Assembly: GCA_964187785.1 (NCBI GenBank)
Contig: OZ076413.1
Span: 48,548,001-48,612,000 of the forward strand
DNA length: 64,000 bases
Reading direction: 5' to 3'
Source of the DNA: Amphiscolops sp. MND2022
Taxonomy: Eukaryota
The notes under the pieces were generated by a model. It had not been told where the DNA came from and made no database searches. It saw only the letters and a program-made list of their open reading frames with translations. A program made the position numbers and the translations under genes. Shown here piece after piece: positions 61,496 through 64,000 of the stretch. How positions within the stretch are numbered: position 1 is the first letter of the stretch; every line of letters begins with the position of its first letter.

Positions 61496-62699
61496 ACATA
61501 AAGGTTTGCCATATAAATCACATGTTATAAAACCGTCCACAAGTAAACCGTCCACAAGAGACAGATCTCCCAGAAAAAACCCTACTTTTGAATAGTAGAA
61601 AACGGTGTACCAACATGGTACACCTATTTAAAAACATCCAAATTTTAGAGTATACGCTTTTTTTACTTGAATATGGGACAGAAACACCGCATTTGAAAAA
61701 CGAATGCAAATATTGAGTGATAATGGGGATTTACATTTTGATGTAAAACTTTTGATTGTAGCCAGAATTCTCACAACGATTGATTAGTCAATAGTGAACA
61801 CTCACTTTCGAGTATTCAACTTCAGTATACACGAGTAGTTTGAGCATGAACTGGTAAGGATTCAGTTGATCTTTAAAGCAAAAAGACAAAACTTGATGTT
61901 TTAAGCACGTGAAAGCCCTGGAATCAACGGAAAACGTTTGTTTCAAAGCATCCAATGATCCTTGAATTGCTCTGGTCTTCAGACACAACCACGAAAAACC
62001 TCTTAGGAACTTTTTGGAAATGACTATGCTTCTCTGGATGTAGACTCAATAGCTCTGAATAGTTATAGTTCAAAAACCTGAAACCAGTCACGGTCTCATT
62101 TTCGGAAAAAAAAACGAGGTATGTATAGAATTTCAATAAACTTCGCTTGATTTATATCAAGATGATTGTTTTATAGATAAGGGGCAAAAATTTCAATTCT
62201 TTCAAGCAATTTTAAGCATTTGATTTCAAAAATTTTGGAAAAGGACGACTTCGAAGACGAGAATTATTCTTCATTTGAGACGGCAGTATTTGACCTTTCA
62301 AATTTATAATGATAAATTTCTATTGAGTCTGAGAAAATATGACGCCAATTGAACTGAATAATTGTACTGAATATTTTGAAAGTATATTGTATCAATGAAC
62401 AGTAGTACATCTCAGCACTTAGTTAGTTAAACGAAAAGTAAGGTTCAAGATTGGGTCCGATTCGGCATGACATTTTGTGACCCCAGTTTGTAATTTTCTA
62501 TGCTTGATATGTGATTCCTTGGGTAACATGATCAACAGCATTATCCAGTATATGATCCACGATATTACCTTGTCTTAGTCAAACATGAACGGACTCACGT
62601 AGCAACTGAGTGGAAAATTTCAAAATTGGAAGTATACTCTCATACTCTTATAATCATTGAAAAATGAGGTTTTTTCATTAAATATACAAAAGGACACTA

Positions 62700-63620
62700 G
62701 TGCTAAAATTTCATCAATTTTACATTGCCAAAAATGCCCGAAGGGGTACGCATAAGACTAGAACACCGCTTTTCACTAACTTGACACATGAAAAACTTAG
62801 ATTTTCTTGAAAAAACATTTTATTCGAAAAGTTTTCTTCGGGCAAAAGTGCCGAAAAAGAAGCTCGCCAAACGCTCTTTTCAGTCCGAGAACAATTATCA
62901 AATAGAAAGGGGTACCCATTGACCAAGTGAAAATCGCACTGAAAATTTCGGGAAAAACGTCATCAACATTGCCGAAAAAACAGTGAAACCAAAAAGCGTC
63001 AAAAACTATGGTACCCAAAGGTGGCACCATTTGGAAACACCCGAGTATGCTTTCTCGTAAAATAGAAAGGCCTATAGAAATGTAAAAAATGAACCTATCA
63101 GTGTGAGGTCTCTGGTCTGGAGAGAAAAAGGAAAAAAGTCACTGTAAGAGTCGGGCATTTTTTGTTTCACAAAAAGCGCCGACTAAAAAGGACCTCTACC
63201 GGGCTGGGTAATAATTCTGCTTTGGACTACAATCATCTTCAACTTCTTCCAAAAATGAAAACATCTGACATATCTATACAATCCTGTTGATTCATTATAT
63301 AGCGCACAATAAAGCACTGTATTGTTTACACCCTCGTTTGATTCTTCCCGGACTATAAGCTGTCACTTGAACGCACGCGAAGCTCTCAGTGTACGAATAA
63401 TTAAAACTCGTTCGCTTCATCTCAAAAAAAGCGCTGAATCACTGCTTCGAGAAAATAAACTGAACAAAGACTTGTAGAGCCGCTGGCTCACTGCTACCAG
63501 AATCGTCGACGAAATGATAGAAGTGTGGAGAAAAACACGCATGGCCGATTTCTATAACATTTCAGCTGACGCAAAAAAAAATTTTTGAAAAATTTTAGCA
63601 AACTTATAAATTAATCACGC
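62700..63620 (-). mobile_element. HINE-like copy (to 63189) abutting a second HINE family related to 5067-5545
   Basis: GCGCCGACTAAAAA end at about 63176-63189; 63270-63425 aligns with 5160-5342. Confidence 0.6.
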
Positions 63621-64000
63621 ATTTGTATTCTTGGCAGCAGTGAATTAGGTCGCTTGTGAGAGAAAGCGCAAAAGAAGCGTAATATCGGAACAAGCACCGA
63701 CAAAGAAAGCAAACATTGAAATTTGCGCTGATCTGATGTTCGGAATTTTTTTTGCTATTTTGGTAACAAAAAATGCCCAACTCTTAGTGAACTGGTGAAA
63801 CTCTCAGTTTTGTGAACTGGGCGTTTCATGCGACACCTGTACGGTTGAAAGATTTGCTCTCGTCGTGATAGCTTAAGAAGCAACCAATCGAAATTTTCAA
63901 ACTTTCGAAATTATGTGAAGAAATTGCAGCTTTTGAAAACTTAAATTCGTTGAGCCAAAGTTGCTTCCAAAAAGCGCCGCTTGAGCGTTAGCGGACCAGA

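Overview
Animal (invertebrate) genomic DNA with spliceosomal introns; the species cannot be determined from the sequence. Two host genes lie on the minus strand: a TAF1B/RRN7-like gene (ATG 20597, running off the left edge) and a multi-exon HERC2 orthologue (about 57400 to 22776). A multi-pass membrane protein gene is nested antisense in a HERC2 intron (36145-37272). A complete ~15 kb Polinton/Maverick (adintovirus-like) element sits in a TAF1B intron at 2981-17972, with AGTAGT termini, 362/364-bp TIRs and an AAGGGG target-site duplication. It encodes an adenain protease, minor and major capsid proteins, an rve integrase, pPolB and two A32-type ATPases; several genes carry frameshifts or stops. 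Unusual features of the element: (i) 11 of 12 genes start at ATAAATG, which contains the poxvirus late-promoter core; (ii) a GC-rich palindrome GCG-NN-AGCT-NN-CGC recurs through an AT-rich genome, including in frame inside ORFs; (iii) the second packaging-type ATPase has an N-terminal TM helix; (iv) a membrane protein begins with LYPSL/PTAS/PAPY late-domain-like motifs. Introns and intergenic DNA are filled with Helentron-type (HINE) repeats, Tc1/pogo-, hAT- and piggyBac-type MITEs, a perfect 285-bp palindrome and a decayed CRE-like retrotransposon. All protein assignments come from motif recognition by eye, with no database searches, and exon boundaries are approximate.
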